Assembly: GCA_965178125.1 (NCBI GenBank)
Contig: OZ237736.1
Coordinates: 310,001-374,000, forward strand
Source of the DNA: Bilabrum cf. latius
Taxonomy: Eukaryota
Direction: 5' to 3'
DNA length: 64,000 nt
Shown: one piece after another, positions 25,036-38,200 of the stretch
Position numbering within the stretch: position 1 is the first letter of the stretch
Layout: every line of letters begins with the position of its first letter
Program-made: the position numbers and the translations under genes
The notes under the pieces: model-generated
Database searches by the model: none
What the model was told of the DNA's origin: nothing
What the model saw: the letters and a program-made list of their open reading frames with translations, nothing else

Positions 25036-26370
25036 ATGCGAAGGGCAAGTATGATTGTGCGTATTGCAAGACATCGCAAGGATCTGTTGCCATCTCCAAC
25101 AAGACTGAGCGGCGCGATCCGCACGCGCACAACTGCAACTGGTGCACCAAGCACCTTCCGCGTCGCCTTGGACTGGATCCCAAACGCAGTGCATGCCGGC
25201 ATATTCGTTGCCCAATAGCATGGCATGTTCGACAAGCATGGTGTTACCGTCGAGGTGACAAGCCCTGCTTCTGACGGCTACACAACCAGTCCTGCCGCTC
25301 GACTGTCCTCTGGAGAGGCAGATCTTATCTTCTGTCCGTCTGAAACGGTAATATCGCTCGCATCAAACCCCCATATGAACAATATTGTTGGTGTTGCATC
25401 AGTGTTTGATCGCGACACTTCATCTATCGCCGTTCTAGCGAGCTCCGAGGTCAAAGAATCGTCTCAACTCGACGGGAAGAAGTACGCAAGCTACAATGCC
25501 CGTTTCGAAGATCATATCGTCGCCGCGATGGTAAGGGCTGGAGGAGGTAAGGGCGACATACGGTGCTCCACGCCTCCGCGTCTGCAGTGCTTCGAAGCCG
25601 TCATGGATGGCTCGCACGACGCCACCTGGATCTTTGACTGGTGGGAAGGCGTGCTCGCTCTTCGAGACGGGAAGCAGCTGCGGGAATTTCGCATGAGTGA
25701 CGCGGGGATTCCGTACGGATACTCTCCCGTCCTTGCCGCGGGAGCGGGCGCGTTCGGCGGCAAGCTGGAGCCAGGCTCCAAGGGGGCGGGGGAGGGCTGC
25801 ATGCTCGCCTTGGAGCCTGCCAGTGGGGCGAGCACCGGAGCAAGTGCTCCGGCCGGCGGTCAGGGCGGCGCTTCGCTCGCGTTGGCGGACGATGACTGGA
25901 GCCGCGAGCGAAACGAGGCGTTCCGCGCGTTCATGCAATGCATCCACGAGGGCTACGAGGTGGCCCGTGACGATCCCGCGACGGCTGCCGACGCCGTGCA
26001 GCACGCACATCTCGCGATGCAGGGGAAGATTCGCGAAGCAGCAGGGGCGGCCGAAGCTGGCACCACGGACTTGACGCCTCCGGATAAACAGTTCTTCCGG
26101 GACGCCCAGCACGAGGTGGCGAACGTTCTCTCCGCCGAGCACGCAGCGGGTCGCCGGTGGGGCACCATGGAGGCAGGCAGGTGGGACGCCTTCGTGAGGT
26201 GGATGAGCCAGCAGGAGCGGATGGGGGAGGACGGGCAGAAGGGAGGCAGGATTCTGGCGGGGCTGGATGGTGTGTCAGAGGTGGAGATCGGTCCTGGCCC
26301 GTGGAACGGCGAGGTGCCTCGTGTAGACCCTGCGGTGCTGTTCACCAATCAGTTCCTGCCATCTGCATGA
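25036..26370 (+). CDS. NMT1/THI5-like (ThiY-type periplasmic-binding fold) protein
   Basis: VALDWIPNAVHAGIFVAQ*HGMF matches the family N-terminal motif across TAG 25216; also LDGKKYASY, DATWIF.WWEGV and GIPYGYSPVL. The Arg-rich N-terminus may be a targeting peptide. Start uncertain. Confidence 0.85.
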
Positions 26371-26519
26371 GCACAGCAAGGGAGGCTCGATCACTGGTGA
26401 CATGAAAGAATGCACGGCCCCTGAACTGATTCGAGCAGTGCGTGAACAGTGAAATTCAAACTTGAAATGTACAGGACACGAGCATCAAGTGGTAGTACAG
26501 TTTTTTTATTCTGATTGAG

Positions 26520-26705
26520 TGCATGAGCCTGGGCGTCTCCTGCTAGTTGCGAGAAAGACAGTGATGCTCGACCAGAGCTCACGGTAAGCTAGTACGACTC
26601 ATTGCAGGCTGCCAGAGAGGTCGGAGACAGCACGGCATCAAGGACCACATGACCCCTCGCCGATGCAGCACGGTCGGCACCAGTGGCCCCTGCCGCAAAC
26701 ACCTC
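26520..26705 (-). pseudogene. relic fragment of a diverged receptor paralog
   Basis: Encodes AASARGHVVLDAVLSPTSLAACNESY*LTVSSGRASLS, homologous to about 28020-28170. Confidence 0.8.
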
Positions 26706-27034
26706 TAAGTCTAGCCCATCCATATGGATCAGAGGACGAGGGCAGTGGACGATTTCAGTGCAACCACCAGTGCGGAGATTTGTATCACGATCCCAGTGGA
26801 TAGTAAAGCCGGTAATAATCAATGACACATCCATTTTCATCCAATGGTTCCATGCACGACTTGACACAGACGCAGTGCTGGTCTTCGGCACGGCAGGGCT
26901 GGTCCTGCCAGCTCACGTGGTGCAGCCCTGCCTGCAACCGCTCAGGTACACCAACCAGGTGCTGCTCCAACAACAGAACCTGATCCGAATAACACAATCA
27001 CAGACTGGGCTCCAGTGCCTCAAGACCTGCAGAC

Positions 27035-30000
27035 TCAAGGGTCTGCCTGCTCGCGAGATTCATCCGGAGATGCGTCGCTCCCTGGCACCTAGCTGTTGGC
27101 CGGTTTGTCCTCGTGGGCAGCTCGAGCAAAGTCAGGAGCTGTGCCTGGCTTGCTCGAGTCGCGTACCGGCTTGCCATGCGACCACATGGGAGACTGCCCC
27201 TGAAGAGCCCCGCTGCCGGATGGTCTGGCATATTCCAAACCAGCAGGATCTCCCGACTCGGTGCTGCGCTTGCCTTGGCTGGCAGTCCCAGGCTTTGACG
27301 ATGGGCCAGCAGCTTCTCGGCGATGCTCCACAGCTTCTTCCTCAGTGTCCACCAGTCCGGTTCGTCCACAGAGCCACTCCATCTTCGGACCAAAGACCCT
27401 TTCAAACACAGCGAATGCAGCTTTGAACCCGCCAAGGATACCCACTGTGAGACCCAAGATGGACGAGGCCACTTGAGCCAAGGTGTATGCTGGCGTGATG
27501 CTGGTCGTGGCAAACACTCCCGCTCGCGACATCTGGATGCTGAGCCTCGTCACCGTGCTGGCAGGATCGATGGCATCGACAGATCGAGTGGACGTTGCTC
27601 CGCTGCGCAGGTCTTGCACTCGGAAGCCCTCCACGCTCCTGGAGCTTCCAGTCCTCGTGTCGTCAAGCACATGACCGACCAACGCCACCTGCTCGGATCG
27701 AGCATCCAGCATCTCTTCCAGGTGCATGGTGGCGTTCGAAGTGAGTGGATCAGCTGATGGAGACACTGCAGTGCCGCTCACACTGGACCAGCGGCCTCCC
27801 GCGTCTTGCGTGGCCAGGCGCCAGCTGATCGCCTGCACGGCCCAGTGGGTGTCGAGGTCAAGCGAGGTGACCGCAGTTAGGCCGCAATCGTCACACATGG
27901 CACGAAGCCAGCACAGGGGTTGATCGAGCTGCTGATCATCAATGGACAGCTCCTACACGGTGGCGGTGGTTGCCAGTTGCAGCATCGAATGCGCTGGTGC
28001 GTCTCCTACCGGTGGCATGGAAGACAGCGATGCTCGGCCAGAGCTCACGGTAAGCTAGTACGACTCATTGCAGGCTGCCAGAGAGGTCGGAGACAGCACG
28101 GCATCTAGCGCCATGTTGTTCCTCGCCGATGCGGCTCTGCCGGCACCGGAGGCCCCTGCCGTAGCCACCTGCAGCCCATCCGTGGTGATGGAGTTGCGAT
28201 AGGCGAAGTCAAGCACCAGGGTAGTGGACGATGTCAGCGCCACCAGCACGGCCATGACGGTGAACCATCCACCCATTGCCGTGGTGATCCTCCTGACAGC
28301 GGCATACTCGACGGGCTTGTGTGCCTGCGCCATGCTGTCGATCATGCGGAGTCCCGTATGCATCGTTGGTCGAGCTGCAGGAACCAGCAGCAGGAGCAGT
28401 AGCACGCAGAGCACGCAGGTCGACACGATCCATGCAATGATGTCAACCTGAGATGCATCATCATCGCCTGCATCCCCACCGTTAGCCTCTTCCTCCGTTT
28501 CAGGCTCACCATTCGAGTCGCCTTGTCCGGGCTCTTGCAGACGCCGTGCAGCCACGCTGTCGCCCCTCAGTGCTGCCATCACCTTGGGGTCAACAACCAC
28601 CTCTGGGTCCATCTGCAGCCGCCTGCTGGACCCACTGGTGCTGTATCTGGTGGTCACAGCACTCGCGAATGCACCCTCGGCATCTCCGGGCAGTGGGATA
28701 CCTGCCATGGATTCCTGGAGCACAGCCACAGCAGGCACAGGCTCAGGGACACCGGGCAGGCACATCATGCCAGGATCGCTGCATTCCGGGGGACGATCGA
28801 CACACCCACTGGTGCTTGAATCGAGGATTGAATCTCCTGGACATCCCGAGCACATCGCCGAGCCGCTCTCGCTGCGCAGACCAGCTCCGCACGAAATGCA
28901 GCTTGATCTGAGAGCAGCGCCAGGACTTGGCATATAGGTGCCGCTCGGACACTGTGAGCACACACGTGATCCTAACACGGAGCTAGACACGGTGCCTGGC
29001 TCACAAGGTACACATGAAAGTACATTCCCGCCAGGCGAAGACGTGCCCGGCAAGCACGGATCGCACTCTTGTCCTGCCGAACCGCTTGGGCAAGAGACAA
29101 CGATGGCAATGCAATCAACTGCACTGGATGCTCCAGTTCCCACTGTAGTGGTTCCTTCGGGGCACTGAATGCAGGTCGATGACGACTCAGCTAGCATTGC
29201 TTCGCTGTAGGTGGCTTTGGGACACTCTTGAGCTCGCACACCGTCCTCGCAGTAGGCACCTGCAGGGCATTCCACGCACAGAATCCTCGACGCAAGTGAG
29301 TTCCCCAATACCTCTACAGTGGCTCGATATGTGCTAGTGCTGCACTCAGGTGCGACACTGTCCGGAGTCATCACCGTGGTAAGTTCAAACAGGTTTGCAA
29401 ATGGTTCGGCGTGCGACACCTCGATCGGGTTGTCCTGCAAATCCAGCGATTGCATAGCGTCATTGGGGGCACTAGACAGTTGAGGTAAGTAATCGATGCC
29501 GTTTCCACTCAAATCTACGGTCACTACCTTGTTGAGAGGTGACAGAGCGCCGTCCAAGAGCACAAAAGATCGATCACCCGATGACCCTACGACCCTGAGA
29601 TTCGTTAGTCCAGTTAGGCCGGCGAATGTTGCCTCGGTCCATACAGACCGGCGCAGATCCAGACCTTGCAGATCCAGAGTACGAAGACTGCCTGCAAATG
29701 CGCAGTCACGAAATCCATTCAGGGCCAGGTCCTGGGATTTGCCAAAGATACGCTAAATACCCTACGCCTTGACCGTAAGAGATACTAGAGACAAAGGACC
29801 GTCGAAGAATCCGCACGTGCCGTTCTCATCAGTAAAATCGGCTCCAAGGGTCAGCTATATCTCGGTCACATCTCTTAAGTGCTTGAATAGCCCAGTTGGT
29901 CCTGCTTGCAGCAATGGGGCATCAAGCTCAAAACGACGAGGACTGCCGTGAGCGCCTAAAAAAGCGTCCTCGTGCACACGCTGCAGTCCAGGTGCATCGA

Positions 30001-33000
30001 TGTATACTCCGGATGACGCCAAAGCGCCGGCGAAAACACCCAAGCCTGCATCCTGCAGCCTTGATGGCAGCGTGATGGACGTCAGGCCCGTCAGCCCCCG
30101 CAGTGCGCCTGCATCCAGACTCGACACCTGCGTCACGGACAGGTCCAGCGACTGCAGGCCGGATGGGCCCGATCCGTCCTCGGCCGATGTGAAGGCGTCT
30201 GGCTCGATGGTGCTGATGGTCGATGGCAGCGTGATGGACGTCAGGCCCGTCAGCCCCCGCAGTGCGCCTGCATCCAGACTCGACACCTGCGTCATGGACA
30301 GGTCCAGCGACTGCAGGCCGGATGGGCCCGATCCGTCCTCGGCCGATGTGAAGGCGTCTGGCTCGATGGTGCTGAGTCCCTACGGCAGCGTGATGGACGT
30401 CAGGCCCGTCAGCCCGCGCAGCGCGCCTGCATCCAGACTCGACACCTGCGTCATGGACAGGTCCAGCGACTGCAGGCCGGATGGGCCCGATCCGTCCTCG
30501 GCCGATGTGAAGGCGTCTGGCTCGATGGTGCTGAGACCCTACGGCAGCGAGATGGACGTCAGGCCCGTCAGCCCGCGCAGTGCACCCGCATCCAGACTCG
30601 ACACCTGCGTCATGGACAGGTCCAGCGACTGCAGGCCGGATGGGCCCGATCCGTCCTCGGCCGATGTGAAGGCGTCTGGCTCGATGGTGCTGATGGTCGA
30701 TGGCAGCGTGATGGACGTCAGGCCCGTCAGCCCCCGCAGTGCGCCTGCATCCAGACTCGACACCTGCGTCATGGACAGGTCCAGCGACTGCAGGCCGGAT
30801 GGGCCCGATCCGTCCTCGGCCGATGTGAAGGCGTCTGGCTCGATGGTGCTGAGACCCTACGGCAGCGAGATGGACGTCAGGCCCGTCAGCCCGCGCAGTG
30901 CACCCGCATCCAGACTCGACACCTGCGTCATGGACAGGTCCAGCGACTGCAGGCCGGATGGGCCCGATCCGTCCTCGGCCGATGTGAAGGCGTCTGGCTC
31001 GATGGTGCTGATGGTCGATGGCAGCGTGATGGACGTCAGGCCCGTCAGCCCGCGCAGTGCGCCTGCATCCAGACTCGACACCTGCGTCATGGACAGGTCC
31101 AGCGACTGCAGGCCGGATGGGCCCGATCCGTCCTCGGCCGATGTGAAGGCGTCTGGCTCGATGGTGCTGAGTCCCTACGGCAGCGAGATGGACGTCAGGC
31201 CCGTCAGCCCGCGCAGTGCGCCTGCATCCAGACTCGACACCTGCGTCATGGACAGGTCCAGCGAGTCCAGGCTCTCGGCCGATGTGAAGGCGTCTGGCTC
31301 GATGGTGCTGATGGTCGACGGCAGCGTGATGGACGTCAGGCCCGTCAGCCCGCGCAGTGCACCCGCATCCAGACTCGACACCTGCGTCATGGACAGGTCC
31401 AGCGACTGCAGGCCGGATGGGCCCGATCCGTCCTCGGCCGATGTGAAGGCGTCTGGCTCGATGGTGCTGAGTCCCTACGGCAGCGAGATGGACGTCAGGC
31501 CCGTCAGCCCGCGCAGTGCGCCTGCATCCAGACTCGACACCTGCGTCATGGACAGGTCCAGCGAGTCCAGGCTTTCGGCCGATGTGAAGGCGTCTGGCTC
31601 GATGGTGCTGAGTCCCTACGGCAGCGTGATGGACGTCAGGCCCGTCAGCCCGCGCAGTGCGCCCGCATCCAGACTCGACACCTGCGTCATGGACAGGTCC
31701 AGCGACTGCAGGCTGGATGGGCCCGATCCGTCCTCGGCCGATGTGAACGCGTCTGGCTCGATGGTGCTGATGGTCGATGGCAGCGTGATGGACGTCAGGC
31801 CCGTCAGCCCGCGCAGTGCGCCTGCATCCAGACTCGACACCTGCGTCATGGACAGGTCCAGCGACTGCAGGCCGGATGGGCCCGATCCGTCCTGGGCCGA
31901 TGTGAAGGCGTCTGGCTCGATGGTGCTGATGGTCGATGGCAGCGAGATGGACGTCAGGCCCGTCAGCCCGCGCAGTACACCTGCATCCAGACTCGACACC
32001 TGCGTCATGGACAGGTCCAGCGACTGCAGGCTCTCGGCCGATGTGAAGGCGTCTGGCTCGATGGTGCTGATGGTCGATGGCAGCGTGATGGACGTCAGGC
32101 CCGTCAGCCCGCGCAGTGCGCCTGCATCCAGACTCGACACCTGCGTCATGGACAGGTCCAGCGACTGCAGGCCGGATGGGCCCGATCCGTCCTCGGCCGA
32201 TGTGAAGGCGTCTGGCTCGATGGTGCTGATGGTTGCAGGCATTAGAATTGCTTCTAGCGATCGATTGTCAGATGCGAGACTATGCCGCGGAATCTTAGTG
32301 AGGTTGGAGCACCTTGAGATGTCGATGGTTCGTAGCCTTGGTGCGCCACGAGCGAAATTCGCAGGCAGCCCGGTGAGGTCAGCTGGTAGTACAATGGTCT
32401 CCAGCGATGTCCAACCGGCAAGAACTGGCGTTGCCCGGTCCATTGGCCACTATGATGCGACAGATGTAGCCGACAAATTTAGAGTTGTCACAGAGGTGTC
32501 AGCAAGTATGGCATCAAACCGGACAGTTGGCGGCTAGCACGATACGGGTACCGACCATGCCTGCACGCTCGATGGTGGGTTGGTCTGACCAGCTGCATTC
32601 CTCCCGAAGCAGTGCATCTTGCCAGTGCCTGCCTCGATCCCGCACGTGTAATCATAGCTGGCAGACACGGCGGACCATGCCTGCACGTTTGATGGTGGGC
32701 TTGACTCGGAATCTCGGTTGGACCCGAAGCAGTACATCTTGCGAGTGCCTGCCTCGATCCCGCACGTGTGCCCATAGCCGGCAGACACGGCGGACCATGC
32801 CTGCACGCTCGATGGTGGGCTTGACTTGGACTCATGGTTGGACCCAAAGCAGTACATCTTGCCAGTGACTGCCTCGATACCGCAGGTATGCCCATCGCCC
32901 GTAGACACGGCGGACCATGCCTGCACGCTTGATGGTGGCGTGGCCCTGGAATCAGGGTTGTACCCGAAGCAGTGCATCTTGCCGTTGCCAGCCTCGATTC

Positions 33001-33514
33001 CGCAGGTATAAGACCCACCTACAGCCACGGCGGACCATGCTTGGACACTTGGTGGTGGGCTTGACTGGGAATTTGAGTTGGACCCAAAACAGTGCATCTT
33101 GCCAGTGTTTTTCTCGATGCCACAAGTGTGCATACTACCAGCAGCCACGGCGGACCAGGCGTGAACACTCGATGGTGGAGCGGTCTGAGAGGTTCCTTCG
33201 TTTCCTTCGTTACCAAAACAGTGCATCTTGCCAGTGCCTGCCTCGATCCCGCAGGTATGCGAATAGGCCGCAGACACGGCAGACCATGCCTGCACGCTCG
33301 ATGGTGGAGTGGCCTTCGAAAATTCATTGTCTCCGAAGCAGTGCATCTTGCCAGTGCCTGCCTCGATACCACAGGTGTGAGTTCCGCCTGCCATCCCAAG
33401 CGACTAGCGTTCATGGAAGTCTTCGCACCAGTCTTCGCCCATCACTTGCACAGCCATTAAAAGGGCCGCCCCCAGGAACAAAACACCTGCATGCTCTGAT
33501 TTAATCGGAGGCAT
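27035..33514 (-). CDS. surface receptor-like protein copy 1, about 2159 aa: signal, 7 RCC1-like repeats, 14 BspA-type LRR units, LRRs, Cys-rich repeats, 3 TM segments
   Basis: Single frame from ATG33514 (MPPIKSEHAGVLFLGAALLMAVQVMG) to TGA27035, interrupted only by TAG. Confidence 0.88.
30063..32235 (-). repeat. coding tandem array: 11 x 159 bp plus 3 x 141 bp LRR units
   Basis: Unit STISTIEPDAFTSAEDGSGPSGLQSLDLSMTQVSSLDAGALRGLTGLTSITLP; short units lack 6 codons of the DGSGPSG loop. Confidence 0.95.
32560..33394 (-). repeat. 7 RCC1/BLIP-II-like repeats (~40 aa), copy 1
   Basis: Seven WSAV.aGxx(H/Y)TCGIE..tGKM(H/Y)CFG units. Confidence 0.85.
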
Positions 33515-33886
33515 CGATGGTGTTGGGTCAGCGATGTGCCACGAAGTTTGTGGCTGGGTGAAGGGCTGCCTGGGTGATAAATTGGGTGTGGGTGAAATAA
33601 ATCCGGAATCCGGCTCCGGAAAAGCGAAGTTGTTACGGAACCTCATCATGTTGGTTTGCGCGGCGACCTGGTTCATCAGAAGTCACCGTCAGCTCGTGGA
33701 TTCTCGTGAGACAGTAATCTAGGCTTTTTCATTGTTTCGATTGATTCTAAACAAGTGTAAGTACCAATGATGGTGGTAAACTGGTCGAATTTTCCCAGAC
33801 GGGCGAACATGCACACCGCCGCCTGGCCATCAGTTGCATCCCTAGATATATATTTTCATCTACCGCAGCGGGTACAACACTCAGCC

Positions 33887-34029
33887 ATGGCAGCATCCGG
33901 GGCTGGATAGGATGCTTCAGTGCCCCGGCAAGGCTAGCAACTTCATGGAGAATCAGGGCCCCTTCAGCAGCTTCGTAGGACGTTTGCCTTTGCTCGATCG
34001 TAAGACTTTAGATGGCCTCGCCAGGTGCA
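33887..34029 (+). pseudogene. orphan duplicate of exon 1 of the TPR gene
   Basis: ATGGCAGCATCCGGGGCTGGATAG...GCTCGATC|GTAAGA matches 43190-43333; homology stops inside the intron. Confidence 0.8.
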
Positions 34030-34419
34030 TGGTGGTTTGCGCGGCGACGCGGCGTCGACAGGCAAAGAAATCCCCGACAGCTCGTAAGTTAGGCACCGTA
34101 ATTGTTTCGATGAATTCAAATAATTCAAAGCCGTATGGGGCTCGTGGTTGATGTTGCGATGCGTTCGAGACTCGAACACAGGCTCCAGTCTACCAAAGCG
34201 AGGTTGCAACCGCCAGTGCGACCAGCAGCGAGGCATTCCCTCGTCTCCTTCCTTAAGGGGGGAGGCGGGGCAGCGCGGCAGAGGCCGTTTCGGCTCATGC
34301 CGTTGTTTAATCTCTTGTTTACGTCCGGTTTGGCGCTTGATACTACCAATGATGGCGATGAACTGGTCGAATTCTACCAGATACAGGCGCAAATGCAGGC
34401 TGCTGACTTTTTTCTGATT

Positions 34420-34607
34420 GCGTGCATGAGCCTGGGCGTCACCTGCCAGTTGCGAGGAAGACAGTGATGCTCGACCAGAGCTCACGGTAAGCTAGTACGA
34501 CTCATTGCAGGCTGCCAGGGAGGTCGGAGACAGCACGGCATCCAGAACCACATGGCCCCTCGCCGATGCAGCACGGTCGGCACCAGTGGCCCCTGCCGCG
34601 AACACCT
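34420..34607 (-). pseudogene. second copy of the relic receptor fragment
   Basis: Close match to 26520-26705. Confidence 0.8.
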
Positions 34608-35254
34608 GTAGGGCTAGGTACGTGAGAGGATCGTACCTCTAAGGCTGAGATCGTGCGCTGGGCACAGCGCTCGGGCGAGTCGACAAGTCGTGTGCCGTGA
34701 TTGAGGTGCAGGGAAAGGTGGCTTGGTGAAATGCAAGAAAGGTGGACAAGGTGGAAGGGGTGGGTGAAGCGGGAGGGACAGACAGTGCAGGAATGTGGGA
34801 AGGGGACGGTCGTGCCTAGGGGTTCCGGGTAACGATGGGGGGTAGGAGAGGATACAATACCCCCATCAGGATGCACCCATCAGAAGACGAGGGCAGTGGA
34901 CGATATCAGTGTTACCACCACGATGTCAGTGCAACCACCAGCCTGAGGGCCATCACTTCACGAGAAAGATAATGAGCGACAGAATTGATTCTTTACACGT
35001 TGCAGCGATTTGTATCACGATAGTAAAGCCGGTAATAATCAATGACACATCCATTTTCATCCAATGGTTCCATGCACGACTTGACACAGACGCAGTGCTG
35101 GTCTTCGGCACGGCAGGGCTGGTCCTGCCAGCTCACGTGGTGCAGCTCTGCCTGCAACCGCTCAGGTACACCAACCAGGTGCTGCTCCAACAACAGAACC
35201 TGATCCGAATAACACAATCACAGACTGGGCCCCAGTGCCTCAAGACCTGCAGAC

Positions 35255-38200
35255 TCAAGGGTCTGCCTGCTCGCGAGATTCATCCGGAGATGCGTCGCTC
35301 CCTGGCACCTGGCTATTGGCCGACTCGTCCTCGTGGGCAGCTCGAGCAAAGCCAGGAGCTGTGCCTGGCTTGCTCGAGTCGCGTACCGGCTTGCCATGCG
35401 ACCACATGGGAGACTGTCCCTAAAGAGCCCCCTTGCCGGATGGACTGGCATTTTCCAAACCAGCAGGATCTCCCGACTCGGTGCTGCGCTTGCCTTGGCT
35501 GGCAGTCCCGGGCTTTGACGATGGACCAGCAGCTTCTCGGCGATGCTCCACAGCTTCTTCCTCAGTGTCCACCAGTCCTGTTCGTCCGCATAGCCACTCC
35601 ATCTTCGGACCAAAGAACCTTTCAAACACAGCGAATGCAGCTTTGAACCCGCCAAGGATACCCACTGTGAGACCCAAGATGGACGAGGCCACTTGAGCCA
35701 AGGTGTAGGCTGGCGTGATGCTGGTCGTGGCAAACACTCCCGCTCGCGACACCTGGATGCTGAGCCTCGTCACCGTGCTGGCAGGATCGATGGCATCGAC
35801 AGATCGAGTGGACGTCGCCCCGCTGCGCAGGTCTTGCACTCGGAAGCCCTCCACGCTCCTGGAGCTTCCAGTCCTCGTGTCGTCAAGCACATGACCGACC
35901 AACGCCACCTGCTCGGATCGAGCATCCAGCATCTCTTCCAGGTGCATGGTGGCGTTCGAAGTGAGTGGATCAGCTGATGGAGACACTGCAGTGCCGCTCA
36001 CACTGGACCAGCGGCCTCCCGCGTCTTGTGTGGCCAGGCGCCAGCTGATCGCCTGCACGGCCCAGTGGGTGTCGAGGTCAAGCGAGGTGACCGCACTAAG
36101 GCCGCAGTCGTCACACGTGGCACGAAGCCAGCACAGGGGTCGACCGAGCTGCTGATCATCAATGGACAGCTCCTGCACGGTGGCGGTGGTTGCCAGTTGC
36201 AGCATCGAATGCGCTGGTGCGTCTCCTACCGGTGGCATGGAAGACAGCGATGCTCGGCCAGAGCTCACGGTAAGCAGGTACGACTCATTGCAGGCTGCCA
36301 GAGAGGTCGGGGACAGCACGGCATCCAGGACCATGTTGTTCCTCGCCGATGCGGCTCTGCCGGCACCGGAGGCCCCTGCCGTGGCCACCTGCAGCCCATC
36401 CGTGGTGATGGAGTTGCGATAGGCGAAGTCAAGCACCAGAGTTGTGGACGATGTCAGTGCCACCAGCACGGCCATGACGGTGAACCATCCACCCATTGCC
36501 GTGGTGATCCTCCTGACAGCGGCATACTCGACGGGCTTGTGCTCCTGCGCCATGCTGTCGATCATGCGCAGTCCCGTATGCATCGTTGGTCGAGCTGCAG
36601 GAACCAGCAGCAGGAGCAGCAGCACACAGAGCACGCAGGTCGACACGATCCATGCAATGATGTCAACCTGAGATGCATCATCATCGCCTGCATCCCCACC
36701 GTTAGCCTCTTCCTCCGTTTCAGGCTCACCATTCAAGTCGCCTTGTCCTGGCTCTTGCATGCGCCGTGCAGCCACGCTGTCCCCCCTCAGTGCTACCATC
36801 ACCTTGGGGTCGACAACCACCTCTGGATCCATCTGCAGCCGCCTGCTGGACCCACTGGCGCTGTAGCTGCCAGTCGCAGCACTCGCAAATGCACCCTCGG
36901 CATCTCCGGGCAGTGGGATACCTGCCATGGATTCCTGGAGCACAGCCACAGCAGGCACAGGCTCGGGGACACCGGGCAAGCACATTGTGCCAGGATCGCT
37001 GCATTCCGGGGGACGATCGACGCACTCACTGGTGCTTGAATCGAGGATTGAATCTCCTGGACATCCCGAGCACATCGCCGAGCCGCTCTCGCTGCGCAGG
37101 CCAGCCCCGCACGAAATGCAGCTGGAAGCAAGGGCAGCGCCAGCAAACGGCATGTGTGTTCCTATTGGACATTTGGAGCATGCGAATGATCCCTGCTTGG
37201 AGACAGACGCAGTGCCCGGCTAGCAAGTCTCGCAGGACTGCGTGTTACCACCAGGCGAAGACGTGCCCGGCAGACACGGCTCGCAGTTTTGACCGGCTTT
37301 GCCGCGAGGACAAGAGACGACGACGGCGATGCAATCAACTGCACTGGCTGTTCCGGTCCCCACTGTTGTGGTTCCTTCGGGGCACTGAATGCAGGTCGAT
37401 GACGAGTCGGCTAGCATTGCTTCGCTGTAGGTACCTTTGGGACACTCTCGCACCTGCAATCCATCCTCGCAATAGGCACCTGCAGGGCACTCCACGCACA
37501 TGATTTCGGTCGTTGCACTGCCCAGTATCTCCACGGGCGCTTTGTAGGTGCCAGTGCTGCACTGAACTCCCACACTGTCCGAGAGATCGACTCTTCCCAG
37601 CTCAAACAGGTTGGCGAATGCATCTGGGTGCGACATTCTGATCGGGTTGTTGCTGAAGTCTATCCCCTCCATTGCATCATTCGCTGTGAAGGACAGCTGC
37701 GGCAGATAATCAATCCCATTGCCTGTTAAATCTACCGTCACGACATTAGCGAGGGGGGACAGCGCTCCATCTAGAAGCTGGAACGATTTATCACCAGAGG
37801 ACCCCACGATCCGAAGAGATGTGAGTCTGCTCAGGCCAGCAAATGTTTCATCCGTCCATGCAGACCGGCGCAGATCCAGACCTTGCAGATCCAGAGTACG
37901 AATACTGCCCGCAAATGCGCAGTCTCGAAATCCATTGAGGGCCAGGTCCTGCGATTTGCCGAATACACGCTGTGCGCCAGGCGCCTGGATGGACAGGGAA
38001 GCGAGGGAATCGAGACCGTCGAAGAATCCACACGTGCCGTTCTCAACGGTAAAATCGGCTCCAAGGGTCAGATACACCTCGGTCACATCTTTTAAGTGCC
38101 TGAATAGCCCAGTTGGTCCTGCTTGCAGCAGCGGAGCATCAAGCTCAAAACGACGAGGACTGCCGTGAGCACCCAGGAATGCGTCCTCATGCATACGCTG

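Larger units (their letters stand above)
26509..34029. repeat. tandem segmental duplication, unit 1
   Basis: Collinear with 34412-43333: relic fragment, receptor gene, promoter and first exon of the TPR gene. Confidence 0.88.
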
